Shown: positions 47,088-56,778 of the stretch, in pieces
How the letters are laid out: every line of letters starts with the position of its first letter
How positions within the stretch are numbered: position 1 is the stretch's first letter
IMG/VR virus record: IMGVR_UViG_3300023210_000017
Span: 29,689 to 93,688 of that record
Length of the DNA stretch: 64,000 nt
Strand: one strand, 5' to 3'
DNA from: a virus
Made by a program: the position numbers and the translations under genes
The notes under the pieces: model-generated
What the model saw: the letters and a program-made list of their open reading frames with translations, nothing else
Databases searched by the model: none
What the model was told of the DNA's origin: nothing

Positions 47088-48083
47088 TTATAGTATAAAT
47101 TTATTAGGTTTTAAAAACTTATAAGGTAAACTATAATCTTTTCTAGTATAATGTACATTTACTTCATCTAAAGTTGCTTTCAACCCTTGTCCCCAGCTAT
47201 GCATGGTAGATTCAGAAACATCAAATACATATACTTGATTATATTTATCTATGACTACAAATTTAAACAAATATTCATAACTTTTTGAAGTTTTATTCAA
47301 TTTAATATATTCATATACTAATTTATAATAAATAGCGGCTTGCAGCCAATAATTATAAAACTCAATAGTTTCTGTAAAATCAGATATAGTTTTACCAGTA
47401 GTTTTTAAATCACAAATAATAACTTGACCGGTCTCATCATTTACTTTAAAGTAATCTATGTATCCGTGTAAGCCAAATTTATAATTTTGTAAATCACATT
47501 GCAGATATTTTTCTGCATATGTAGTAACATTATCTAATTCAAAATCACTTTTTGGATCACTTCTAAATAAATGCATTACATCTTTATTGGATTCTAAACA
47601 CTCTACTTGACGTTTACATCGTTCTAGGGTATCATTATCAACAACATCAATGACTTTATTATTTAGAAATTCCCAATAAGGTTTAAAATCTACAACTCTT
47701 ATTTTAGCTATTCTAGATTCATCTGTTTTAAGAGATTGATATAGATCCATATGTTTTAATGAATCAAGAATTATATGATCATCAATGTTATCTAAATCCT
47801 TTTCATCTGTATAAAGCACCATATCTTTCATTACTTTTCTAATATTATCACTAGGATTCTTCCCAGGCACAACATTAAACTTGTCTTTAAGATTTTCAGG
47901 TTCAAATAAAAGACAATGCACAAGCTTGCCTTCAATAAGATGCTTTTCAGTTTGAATCTCACGATCTTGTAATATATAATCTTTATAGAATAAAGAGGGT
48001 GAAAATTTTAATTTGTTAATAGAAGAATAGCTAAAATTAAAATCTTTAGCATAGAATTCTTCTTCTTTTTTTAAGTTTATCAT
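47088..48083 (-). CDS. PD-(D/E)XK exonuclease, RecE/ExoVIII (DUF3799)-like
   Basis: 'SYSSI', 'EGKLVHCLLFEPE', 'GYIDYF...CDLKTT' and 'YWLQAAIY'. Confidence 0.85.
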   Translation of the reverse strand: MINLKKEEEFYAKDFNFSYSSINKLKFSPSLFYKDYILQDREIQTEKHLIEGKLVHCLLFEPENLKDKFNVVPGKNPSDNIRKVMKDMVLYTDEKDLDNIDDHIILDSLKHMDLYQSLKTDESRIAKIRVVDFKPYWEFLNNKVIDVVDNDTLERCKRQVECLESNKDVMHLFRSDPKSDFELDNVTTYAEKYLQCDLQNYKFGLHGYIDYFKVNDETGQVIICDLKTTGKTISDFTETIEFYNYWLQAAIYYKLVYEYIKLNKTSKSYEYLFKFVVIDKYNQVYVFDVSESTMHSWGQGLKATLDEVNVHYTRKDYSLPYKFLKPNKFIL

Positions 48084-48085
48084 AA

Positions 48086-49210
48086 TTATTTATCTAATCT
48101 AAATCCGTGGCACACTGGAAATCTTGGTATACCATCTTCACTATATTCAAAGAATCTTATCTCTGCAGTTTTACCAATGTAATCAGCTTTATTAATTAAT
48201 ATCTCCTCACGTTCAGCATGAGAAAACTTCATTCCACAACCAAATGTACCTTTATCATTTTCACAGTGCACTACACCTTGTTCTGGATTCTTATCTGAAG
48301 GTAGTACATCTATTACATTACAAGAAATATCTATAAAATCTTTATATTTTAATAATTGACTATCTCTTTTATTAATAGCATATCCAGCATCACTGTGTCT
48401 TACAATTGTTCCTTCATATCCTTGAGATATAAATTCACCATGTAAACGTTTTAAGGCTTCTTCATCAGCTACAACATATGTTTTGACTAATTCAATAGCA
48501 TCTACATAACTGGCTAAACTTTTAAGGATTTTAAATCTTTCTATAAAAGGAATATCTAACACAATGTCATACACGCAAAACTTTACTTTTTCAGTCTCTT
48601 CACCACGGTCTTTTTTAATAAGCCTCATGTTTTCTTGAAATGACTCACCGTGTACATACAATTCACCATCTAAATAATTATCATTTAGTTCCTGTGAAAC
48701 ATTTGGAAGAGCATCTTCAATGTGTTTCATTGTATCTATAGATTTTCCTTTTCTTGATATAAATCCTGACTTTTTATTGTATAAAGCCCTCATTCCATCT
48801 AATTTTGGTTGAATAACGCATGGAAACTTAATTTTATGAGATTCTTTTTTATAATCTTTAGCCAACATAGGTAGAATTACTACATTATTTTCAGCTTCTT
48901 CAATTGTTTTAAAATAACCCTGAGTCATTTTATTTTTAATTTTAGATGTTGCTTCTAATATAGCTTGCTGTTCAGGCGTTGTTTCATTAGATTTACCAGT
49001 ATTTTTTCCTTCACAAGTATGAACATGATTAATCATATTTTCACTACCGTGTACTCCAGAATTTTGAATTACATCAGCACCTTTATTATAAACGTGTAAT
49101 ACACGCACTTTTCCTTTACTATCTTTTTTATAGATTTTTTTTGAAAATGATTTTATTTGATCATTCATAATTGCATTTTTAATAATTTTTGATTTTAAGT
49201 GTACTGTCAT
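48086..49210 (-). CDS. ATP-dependent DNA ligase with N-terminal extension (start may be ATG 49168)
   Basis: PMLA, QPKLDGMR (motif I), LDGELY, YEGTIVR, LLKYK and an OB-fold RFP. Confidence 0.92.
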   Translation of the reverse strand: MTVHLKSKIIKNAIMNDQIKSFSKKIYKKDSKGKVRVLHVYNKGADVIQNSGVHGSENMINHVHTCEGKNTGKSNETTPEQQAILEATSKIKNKMTQGYFKTIEEAENNVVILPMLAKDYKKESHKIKFPCVIQPKLDGMRALYNKKSGFISRKGKSIDTMKHIEDALPNVSQELNDNYLDGELYVHGESFQENMRLIKKDRGEETEKVKFCVYDIVLDIPFIERFKILKSLASYVDAIELVKTYVVADEEALKRLHGEFISQGYEGTIVRHSDAGYAINKRDSQLLKYKDFIDISCNVIDVLPSDKNPEQGVVHCENDKGTFGCGMKFSHAEREEILINKADYIGKTAEIRFFEYSEDGIPRFPVCHGFRLDK

Positions 49211-49238
49211 ATTATTGATATTTAATGTTTATCCTATT

Positions 49239-49311
49239 TGTTACGGTAACATAAGGGTGGATGTGTACATTTCTGCACACATCCAATAACAATCAATTAT
49301 GGCTACCCTTA
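49239..49311 (-). other. Structured intergenic element: GAAA-tetraloop hairpin within an outer stem
   Basis: Minus strand GGATGTGTGCA-GAAA-TGTACACATCC (11 bp, one G-U), enclosed by TAAGGGT/ACCCTTA, next to a TGTTAC/GTAACA palindrome. Confidence 0.55.
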
Positions 49312-50544
49312 AAGTTGTACATCAGCCAAAAGTTCTCCAAAGCTTAGTTGATTAGGATCAACTTCTTTTACAGCAAATTCTTTTGAAAGTTTGATATCTG
49401 ATATATCTAATTTAAAAATATCACTTTTAGTTAATCCTATATCTGCAAATACTGTTTCAGAAATATCAACAATTGTTGCTTTATATGCAAATTCTGTTAT
49501 TGCATCATTTTCTTTTAAATATCTAAACAGTCTTTCATATGGATACATTCCTCTATTATAATCATCTTTTGTACCTGCTTTCTCTAATCTAGATCTTAAT
49601 GTTTTAACATTTACAGTATTCCAATTCTTAGCATTTCTTAAATAATAAGCATGTTTAAAATATAATAATGCAGCTTTATCTAAAGACTTTTCTATATTAC
49701 AGTTTGCTAACATTTCTAAGCCTACAGCCATATTATCTATATCTTTAGATTTAAACATAGAGTTTAAAGATTTATATTGATCTTCTGTTAATACTACAGA
49801 ATCCTCAGAGCATATTTTTGAAATATGAGAATCCATAACTAAATTATTGCTGTCACTCATACTTTTAAATGCAACAGCATCTGTTAAATATAAAGGACGA
49901 CTAATAACATCTATATCACTTATATTACTCACTTTAGTTACCCTCTTTAATGTATCAAAATTATCACTCCAATTATAATTAATAGATATATGAAAATAAG
50001 AATCTTCTGAAATTTTATTTAAAAAATTTTCTAATGAAGCTTTAGCTTGTGAATCTAAATGCTCATTAAGATCAGTAACATAATGATTGATTGCTTTTTT
50101 AGTATATACAGATTGCCATCCACCATGAAACATATTATTTATATATTTTTTAGATATAATCTTATAATCAGCTTTTGTTCTATCTCTTATAATTTTAACA
50201 TTATACTTATCTTTTAATAAATCTACTTTTGATCTTGGTAAAGTTAAATCTGGATACCTGTATAATAATTTATCTTGGATATCTGCACCTGTTATATTTA
50301 ATGCTTTATCAGATATAACAGAAAGATCCTCCTTATGATTTCCTGAAGCTGGATTTACATATAAACACTCTACACCTTGTAAATCATAATTAACTTCACT
50401 TTTTACATGCCAGTTATTTCTCAACCATTCTGTACTATATGACAAACTATCTAATAAAAGAATAGAATCTCCAGTACCTAAATCAGCTGTAGTTTCTTTA
50501 TTTATAGTTATTGATATTACATATACTTTTTTTAGTTCATTCAT
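49309..50544 (-). CDS. BRCT-like domain protein, paralogue A (411 aa)
   Basis: 'LYRYPDLTLPRSKVDLLKDKYNVKIIRDRTKADYKII' aligns with the neighbouring gene, and both share a C-terminal helical motif. Confidence 0.55.
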   Translation of the reverse strand: MNELKKVYVISITINKETTADLGTGDSILLLDSLSYSTEWLRNNWHVKSEVNYDLQGVECLYVNPASGNHKEDLSVISDKALNITGADIQDKLLYRYPDLTLPRSKVDLLKDKYNVKIIRDRTKADYKIISKKYINNMFHGGWQSVYTKKAINHYVTDLNEHLDSQAKASLENFLNKISEDSYFHISINYNWSDNFDTLKRVTKVSNISDIDVISRPLYLTDAVAFKSMSDSNNLVMDSHISKICSEDSVVLTEDQYKSLNSMFKSKDIDNMAVGLEMLANCNIEKSLDKAALLYFKHAYYLRNAKNWNTVNVKTLRSRLEKAGTKDDYNRGMYPYERLFRYLKENDAITEFAYKATIVDISETVFADIGLTKSDIFKLDISDIKLSKEFAVKEVDPNQLSFGELLADVQL

Positions 50545-51563
50545 TTTAAATATTTTTGATATTCTTTTTTTACACTTACTTTAAATGTATATAACTCTCT
50601 ATTATGTATGGAGATTTCTTGACGTATTATTTTTTCAAGAAACCTAAATGATGCTGAATCAAGTTTTTTTTCTTCTTCAAGCTTTAAAACCATTTCTTGA
50701 GCTTCTGTACGATAAAGACTATTTATATCTGCAGCGTCCATCCAATATTGAACATCTTTATCTCTTTTAAAACTATACATTCTACCTCCTATTTTTTGAG
50801 CTAAATGCCATACTAAATGAGGATGTTTTGTATAATTTATTGTTGGTAAAATTTTACCAGCAAGACTTATGTTATCATTATCTGATGAATCTAACCAATG
50901 TTCTAAATCATTAACCAATTCTTCAGTAAGATCAATTAGATTTGCTGAAGAATGCAATAATGTTTCTGAATCTAAAGTTTGCAATTGACCAGCTTCTATT
51001 AAATATGCTAAATTTATAGCAAGACCTGGAATACCACATTCATCCATTAATGAATCAGTTACATTGCAATGATAAGAGTTTGTATGTTCAGTCCATTTTT
51101 CATCATATATTACAGATTTATCATGGGTTTCAACTATATTAATTCTACCATTACTTGAATCCATAGCTTCATAATTCCATAAAGTATACATCACAGTTTG
51201 AATTTTAATTTTTTCACCGTGTTGAAATAGTTCATAAAAGTCATCATGTGTAATTATAAAATCAGCCGCTTCATAATCATTGGTAATGGTTATTTTATGT
51301 TCTTTACAAGCAGCTTTAATTCTGTCTTGAGATATGGGGCATTTAGGTAGAATAAATGCTCTTTTATAAGATTGAAAATTAGTAGAAGTTAATGTAGATC
51401 CTGCTAAAATATCTTTTATTTTATTATATGTAGTTACATCTTGGGTTATAAGCACGTCATCAACTTGATTTGAAGTGATGAGCCCAAACATAGGCTCATC
51501 CTCCAATCCAAAGTGAATAAGTGCATCTAAATTGTATTCTTGATATACTGATTTATTTGCCAT
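50541..51563 (-). CDS. BRCT-like domain protein, paralogue B (340 aa)
   Basis: 'AFILPKCPISQDRIKAACKEHKITITNDYEAADFII'; shares the helical motif with 49309-50544 and 54006-54383. Confidence 0.55.
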   Translation of the reverse strand: MANKSVYQEYNLDALIHFGLEDEPMFGLITSNQVDDVLITQDVTTYNKIKDILAGSTLTSTNFQSYKRAFILPKCPISQDRIKAACKEHKITITNDYEAADFIITHDDFYELFQHGEKIKIQTVMYTLWNYEAMDSSNGRINIVETHDKSVIYDEKWTEHTNSYHCNVTDSLMDECGIPGLAINLAYLIEAGQLQTLDSETLLHSSANLIDLTEELVNDLEHWLDSSDNDNISLAGKILPTINYTKHPHLVWHLAQKIGGRMYSFKRDKDVQYWMDAADINSLYRTEAQEMVLKLEEEKKLDSASFRFLEKIIRQEISIHNRELYTFKVSVKKEYQKYLK

Positions 51564-51564
51564 A

Positions 51565-52833
51565 TTATTTTATTGTCATCTTGATAATTTCTGGTTTCAT
51601 CATCAATTTATTAAATTTTTGCTTGTTTCCGTTGAAAATAGTTCTTACAACTAAGTACTTAAGATCATTAGTAAAATAATCTTTTGTACAAAGAGCTTCT
51701 AATCTATCAGTGATCTTTTGTGTAATTGTATTTTCTTTAGAATAAACAACTGAATAATTAGCTAATCTTGTAGCTAATGTTGACGCAATGTCTGCACGAT
51801 AATTATCATCTTTACCTACACATCCTGTTAACTCACCAAGAATATAAGACTCATTATCATGAGTTAATAGATCTTTTGGAGTAACAAGTTTATCTAACTT
51901 ATTATTAATAAAAACTGTAAACATTGATGCAAATTCATCACCTACAGATCCTTCACCAATCATTTGAATGTATGGTAAATTATCTTCAAAATTTTCAAAA
52001 CTTGATATTGAATTAAAGAATGTAGTAATTGCTCTTGCATTTGTTTCTTGTGTTACAAGCTCAGGATGTAATAATAAAAAGTTAATACATCTTGAATCTA
52101 TCCCAGCTTCTTCTGCCCAACGAGCCCATACATCTACATCAAATTGAAGATTAGCTGTTATGTATCTTGTTTTTTGTGCTGAATCAACTGAATTAACCAT
52201 ATAATCTCCAGTATCTGGATTTGCTGTTAATACAATATGCCAATCTTTAGGAAGAGACCATGAAATATATGTTTGTCTGTCAACTAACTCCATACATGCT
52301 TGAATAAATCTAACATCTGCACGGTTCCAATCATCTAATAATAAAATACCACCGGCTTTTTTATCAGCAATCCATTCTGGTGCACAATAAGACATTCTAT
52401 TCTTACCTGTCATCTTATAACCATTTTTTAAATAGTCAGCTACAGCAAGTTCATTAACCCATTGGCCAACTTTTTTTGTAACAGTATTTTGTGACATTTT
52501 TGTTAAATCTTCAGAAGCAGCTGCTTGAGATGAATATTGTATATCATCAGATTTACCAACTTTTACAACTTGCTCTTTATACATTTGAAATTGTCTTGTT
52601 GGAAATCCAACTAAATCACCAAGCTCTTCAATTTGAGCTAAATTTAATTTTACAAAATCTAAATCATGTTCTTCAGCTATTTCTTTAACTGTAGATGTTT
52701 TTCCAATTCCAGATTCACCCAATACTTCTATTGAGACAGGAAGCTTTCCTTCTTTTTGTAAAAATCTATTGTTATTAATAATGTGACCCATAAATCCTTT
52801 TAGGTCGTCAATGTTTAAATTTACTTGTGCCAT
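51565..52833 (-). CDS. MoxR-like AAA+ ATPase
   Basis: Walker A GESGIGKT, Walker B ILLLDDWNR, sensor 'LTANP' and Arg finger 'DSAQKTR'; adjacent to a VWA gene. Confidence 0.85.
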   Translation of the reverse strand: MAQVNLNIDDLKGFMGHIINNNRFLQKEGKLPVSIEVLGESGIGKTSTVKEIAEEHDLDFVKLNLAQIEELGDLVGFPTRQFQMYKEQVVKVGKSDDIQYSSQAAASEDLTKMSQNTVTKKVGQWVNELAVADYLKNGYKMTGKNRMSYCAPEWIADKKAGGILLLDDWNRADVRFIQACMELVDRQTYISWSLPKDWHIVLTANPDTGDYMVNSVDSAQKTRYITANLQFDVDVWARWAEEAGIDSRCINFLLLHPELVTQETNARAITTFFNSISSFENFEDNLPYIQMIGEGSVGDEFASMFTVFINNKLDKLVTPKDLLTHDNESYILGELTGCVGKDDNYRADIASTLATRLANYSVVYSKENTITQKITDRLEALCTKDYFTNDLKYLVVRTIFNGNKQKFNKLMMKPEIIKMTIK

Positions 52834-52857
52834 AATTGTTTTTTTATTAATTTGTTT

Positions 52858-54012
52858 TTAGTTTAATTGTATTTTTTGTCCTGGTAATTCATCATTTATA
52901 CTGCATGCAGAACTATGCACCCATAAAGTATTATTTGGACATTTGTCTGGAGTTCCTGCTTCTCCATCTGTAAAATAGATGAGAGCTGTATATCTTCCAA
53001 ACTCATTATAATGGTCTATAACAGGTTGGAATATTGTCCCACCTCTACCATGTATTTCCCAATCTTGTTTAGGATTAAAATCCTTAACTGAGTTTATTTT
53101 TGTATCACATTGAACAATTGTAATTTTATGTCCAGTTTTATGCATGTGAGTCAATTCACTAAAAAATTCTTTTAATTCATTTTGACTTACAGAACCTGAT
53201 GTATCTACACCAACACATATGTGATTTTTAAATTTAATTTTAAGACCAGGGCTACCTGAATATCTTTTGTTATACTTCCGTCTGATCTTCTTTGTAAAAA
53301 CAATAGAAGAGTTTCCAACAAATCTGCGTAAATATCCTTTCCAATCAAATTTTGCAGGTTCAACATGTCTTAGTCTTTGAATAAGATCTGCTAACTCTCC
53401 AGGTATGCTACCACATCTTTTTTCTGTTGTGTCAGCATTTTCTTTGACTTGATGATCAATCTGTTTTTGAATTAACTTTTTTTCAGCTTCAGGGATATCC
53501 TCAAAATCATCCCAAGTAGGATGACAATATGGAGAATTACCATCCATTTCATCTAAAAGTGAATCTAAAGCTGGACAAGAACCATCTTGACGGGCCTCTT
53601 CTAACATTTTATAATATACTTTAGTTCCAGCTCTACAAGGAAAGTTTATTTCAGGAAAAGAATCAAATGTTAATCCGCCTTCTGGAAGATCTGAACTATC
53701 TATGTATTGATTAATTTCTAAATCAGCTGCTATATTAAATAGTTTATGATCACTGTACATATCTCGCATAATTAAATGCCCAAAACTTATATGAAGTAAT
53801 TCATGTTTTAATAAACCAACTCTATGTCTTTCACTTAAAGAATTAAAAAAATCAGGATTTACTGTTAATTGTACGCCTATTCCATTCTTGCTGACACCAG
53901 CTGTAGGAATTTTATCTGTGAAGGATTTATTTAATCCAACTAAAAAAAGCCCGTAAAAGGGCTCTTCAAATATTAAGTTTTTACTTGTTTTTGAAACTAA
54001 GTCTGCTACCAT
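52858..54012 (-). CDS. Metallopeptidase-VWA fusion protein (DUF2201-like)
   Basis: 'LKHELLHISFGH' (HExxH), 'NIAADLEIN', MIDAS 'VDTSGS', 'GRGGT' and 'YFTDG'. Confidence 0.88.
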   Translation of the reverse strand: MVADLVSKTSKNLIFEEPFYGLFLVGLNKSFTDKIPTAGVSKNGIGVQLTVNPDFFNSLSERHRVGLLKHELLHISFGHLIMRDMYSDHKLFNIAADLEINQYIDSSDLPEGGLTFDSFPEINFPCRAGTKVYYKMLEEARQDGSCPALDSLLDEMDGNSPYCHPTWDDFEDIPEAEKKLIQKQIDHQVKENADTTEKRCGSIPGELADLIQRLRHVEPAKFDWKGYLRRFVGNSSIVFTKKIRRKYNKRYSGSPGLKIKFKNHICVGVDTSGSVSQNELKEFFSELTHMHKTGHKITIVQCDTKINSVKDFNPKQDWEIHGRGGTIFQPVIDHYNEFGRYTALIYFTDGEAGTPDKCPNNTLWVHSSACSINDELPGQKIQLN

Positions 54013-54383
54013 TTTTTATTGTTTTTGTTTATGTCATCTATATTAGGATGAAAGCTCGGATTATATATTAATTTTTTATAAATTAATTTGTAATTATTTT
54101 TATAAGCACTTTTATCTTTACTTATATTTCTAACTATATTATGTGTTGTTAAACTTTCCCAAGTTTCAGTATTATATGGTAAATCAAAGTATGCACTATA
54201 AGATACTCTTTCAGTAAAAAATAAAAGTTTTAAAAATAACATATGATATATGTCCGTCATATTCATATTTTTTATAGTCACGTATGCTAAATCTCTATCT
54301 TCAATAGTTGATTCAATCATTTTTAGTAATCTCTTAAATGTTTTAAGATCAATATCTAATTCATTTTTTACTTCACTTGTCAA
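54006..54383 (-). CDS. Hypothetical protein (125 aa) carrying the helical motif shared with the BRCT-like paralogues
   Basis: 'IDLKTFKRLLKMIESTIEDRDLAYVTIKNMN'. Confidence 0.6.
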   Translation of the reverse strand: MTSEVKNELDIDLKTFKRLLKMIESTIEDRDLAYVTIKNMNMTDIYHMLFLKLLFFTERVSYSAYFDLPYNTETWESLTTHNIVRNISKDKSAYKNNYKLIYKKLIYNPSFHPNIDDINKNNKKW

Positions 54384-54760
54384 GATTTAATAATTTTAAT
54401 TTCTACACCGGGATTTACTTTATCATATAAGTAAGGTTCAAATACAGGTATTATATTTTCCATATTATCATCTTCAATCCAATTATATGTGACCATATCA
54501 TCTTGGGTTGTTTGAGCTGGATTAATATAATCAAACTTATGTTTGCTGCCTCTAATGAAAGTAAAAGAGACTTTAACAGGTAGTGTATGCTTTTTTAATT
54601 CTTCTTTAAATTCTGGAGCATATTTTTCAAAAAAAGATTTAGTATCTTTTCTATATTTCATAGTAGATTTACTTGCTATAAAGTACTTGCCTGTCCAACG
54701 TCTTCCATTTTTACTAGACGGAACATTCCCTGGTATAAACCATTTTTTTTCTTTTGCCAT
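54380..54760 (-). CDS. RusA-like Holliday junction resolvase
   Basis: 'IPGNVPSSKN', 'FDYINPAQTTQDDMV...WIEDDN' and a terminal 'VEIKI' strand. Confidence 0.78.
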   Translation of the reverse strand: MAKEKKWFIPGNVPSSKNGRRWTGKYFIASKSTMKYRKDTKSFFEKYAPEFKEELKKHTLPVKVSFTFIRGSKHKFDYINPAQTTQDDMVTYNWIEDDNMENIIPVFEPYLYDKVNPGVEIKIIKS

Positions 54761-54761
54761 A

Positions 54762-55736
54762 TTATTTGTGTATAGTCTTCTTAAGAAGAGATTTTAATTC
54801 ATCATGGACTTTTTCCCATCCATAATTTTTAACAGCATCTGAAGGATCTTTGCTTAAGCTAATTGTTGTGCCATCTAGATTATATAATTCTTTATATTTA
54901 TCTATAGCATTTTTTCCTGCTGTATCATTATCAAAAAGTGTTATTACTTTTTTATATTTATTTTTCAAATTTTCAATTATATGAGGTTTTATCATTGTAT
55001 TTTCACTGTCTGGAGCAATTAACTCTACATTATATCCAAATTCATCTAAACACATTATATCTTTTAAAGATGATGTTATTATTAAATAAGGTTTATTATA
55101 TTGTAATTGATCTATACCTTGAATATGAGATGCTACTTTATGAAACTTATGTTTTTTATTAAACGGTTGGTAAATTTTATATAATTCACCAGACTTATTA
55201 TAATACCCATACATTGAAGATGATTGAATTTTTATTTTATTTAATTTATCATCATCCTGTTTAATCATATTGTAATATTCAATAGGAGCTACATTATATT
55301 TTTCAAGCATAGTTTTACCTATTCTATATTGAAGCCAATATTTTACATCTATTTGATTCCAGTCTCTTGTTTTTATTAATTCAATTTCCCATTTAGCAGC
55401 CACTTTAAAAGATACATCTATTGTGTTACTCTTTATAAAGACATTATAGTCTTTGATCATTTTTTCTATAGAATCTGAATAATTTAAATTAAATAACTTT
55501 TGAATTAAATTAATTTTATTTCCTCCAGTACCAGTTGAAAAATCTTTAAACATATAACATTGCTTTTGCGTATCTACATATATGCACATACTAGGAGTTT
55601 TTTCAATTGGATTCCACGGAGATGTTATTTTTAAATCTTGACCAGTGAGAGATTCCTCTATATTGAGATAATACTGAAAAACCCAATAACTTGGAATATC
55701 TGATTCTCTTACAACTAAGTTTTTAGTATTTATCAT
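54762..55736 (-). CDS. dnaG: DNA primase (Toprim)
   Basis: N-terminal 'SPWNPIEKTPS...FKDFSTG', Toprim 'ITSSLKD', 'LFDNDTAG' and 'KDPSD'. Confidence 0.85.
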   Translation of the reverse strand: MINTKNLVVRESDIPSYWVFQYYLNIEESLTGQDLKITSPWNPIEKTPSMCIYVDTQKQCYMFKDFSTGTGGNKINLIQKLFNLNYSDSIEKMIKDYNVFIKSNTIDVSFKVAAKWEIELIKTRDWNQIDVKYWLQYRIGKTMLEKYNVAPIEYYNMIKQDDDKLNKIKIQSSSMYGYYNKSGELYKIYQPFNKKHKFHKVASHIQGIDQLQYNKPYLIITSSLKDIMCLDEFGYNVELIAPDSENTMIKPHIIENLKNKYKKVITLFDNDTAGKNAIDKYKELYNLDGTTISLSKDPSDAVKNYGWEKVHDELKSLLKKTIHK

Positions 55737-55747
55737 ATTATAAATTT

Positions 55748-55789
55748 AAAAAAAAAGGAATAGACAATTTTATATGTCTATCCCTTTTA
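55748..55789 (-). terminator. Intrinsic terminator
   Basis: Minus strand AAAAGGGATAGACA-loop-TGTCTATTCCTTTT followed by a long U run. Confidence 0.8.
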
Positions 55790-55794
55790 GATTT

Positions 55795-56001
55795 TTACTC
55801 TTTTTCTGCAACTACTTCAGCGTCTGGAGAAACAGCATCAGCTGATTCTTCAATTACAACTTCAATAACAGCTTCTTCAACTACAACTTCTGCAATTTCT
55901 TCTACTGCTGGTGCAGCATCAGATGTAGCTTCATGTGTATCTGAATCATTACAAGAATAAAGTGCACAAAGTGCAAATAAACTAAAAAATAACTTTTTCA
56001 T
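55795..56001 (-). CDS. Small acidic lipoprotein
   Basis: Signal peptide MKKLFFSLFALCALYS|C (lipobox) followed by a low-complexity E/A/V/D tail. Confidence 0.7.
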   Translation of the reverse strand: MKKLFFSLFALCALYSCNDSDTHEATSDAAPAVEEIAEVVVEEAVIEVVIEESADAVSPDAEVVAEKE

Positions 56002-56078
56002 GTGTTGATTTTTAAATATTAATAAAAAGATTGATAGTTATAGACCATAACCTAAAAAAGATGTCTTAATTTTAAATA

Positions 56079-56747
56079 TTAAAGATCAAAATCATCTCCT
56101 TTAGCCGCTTTAACAGGCTCAAAAGTTCCTGCAGTAGCAGCTTTACCTTTTAACTCACGAACGTGATCTGATTTAGAAAATGTATATAATCTACTATTAT
56201 CATTATCTAATGATTCCAGGGCTACACCATCTTTAGAGTTTCTTGGTAAGAATAAATCAAAGTTAATATACCCTTCTTTATTTTCCCATTCTCTACCTCC
56301 AATACAAGCATTGATATATGTATCTCCAGATAATAGACTATTAGCAGAAACCATGAATTCTTCAATAGTATCTGCTTCAATATTATCAAGATCATCTCTT
56401 TTACCTAAAACTTCAGATAAAAAAATCATACCTTTTAATACTTCTTGATCTCTTGTGATTTCTCTACCACTAGGTAATGTTGCATCTTTATATGCAAATG
56501 GACTTAATCTTACTCTTCCAACTTGGCCTTTATATCTAGGTCCATTTTGATCTGTAGAGTCTACTAAAAATCCATCAAATTCACCAGTTACTGGCTCACT
56601 TTCTACATGTAATACAACATTATATGAATCTTTATCATATGGTGTTTGATCAAAAGTAATTTTATTAATTTTAACTTTTTGATTACCTACAGTAATTACA
56701 GGTCTTGTTTTGCCTGATCCGGCACTCATGTCTTTTGTATTTAGCAT
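56079..56747 (-). CDS. Single-stranded DNA-binding protein (putative)
   Basis: Beta-rich body with an acidic-aromatic C-terminal tail GDDFDL, directly downstream of the Sak4-like ATPase. Confidence 0.6.
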   Translation of the reverse strand: MLNTKDMSAGSGKTRPVITVGNQKVKINKITFDQTPYDKDSYNVVLHVESEPVTGEFDGFLVDSTDQNGPRYKGQVGRVRLSPFAYKDATLPSGREITRDQEVLKGMIFLSEVLGKRDDLDNIEADTIEEFMVSANSLLSGDTYINACIGGREWENKEGYINFDLFLPRNSKDGVALESLDNDNSRLYTFSKSDHVRELKGKAATAGTFEPVKAAKGDDFDL

Positions 56748-56778
56748 ACTTTCTTTTTTTGATTAATTAATTATTTAT

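Noticed and set aside
53942-53967. Terminator-like hairpin GAGCCC-TTTTAC-GGGCTTTTTTT on the - strand
   Set aside because: It lies within the conserved 'EPFYGLFL' coding start of the DUF2201-like gene, so coding constraint explains it, although attenuation cannot be excluded.
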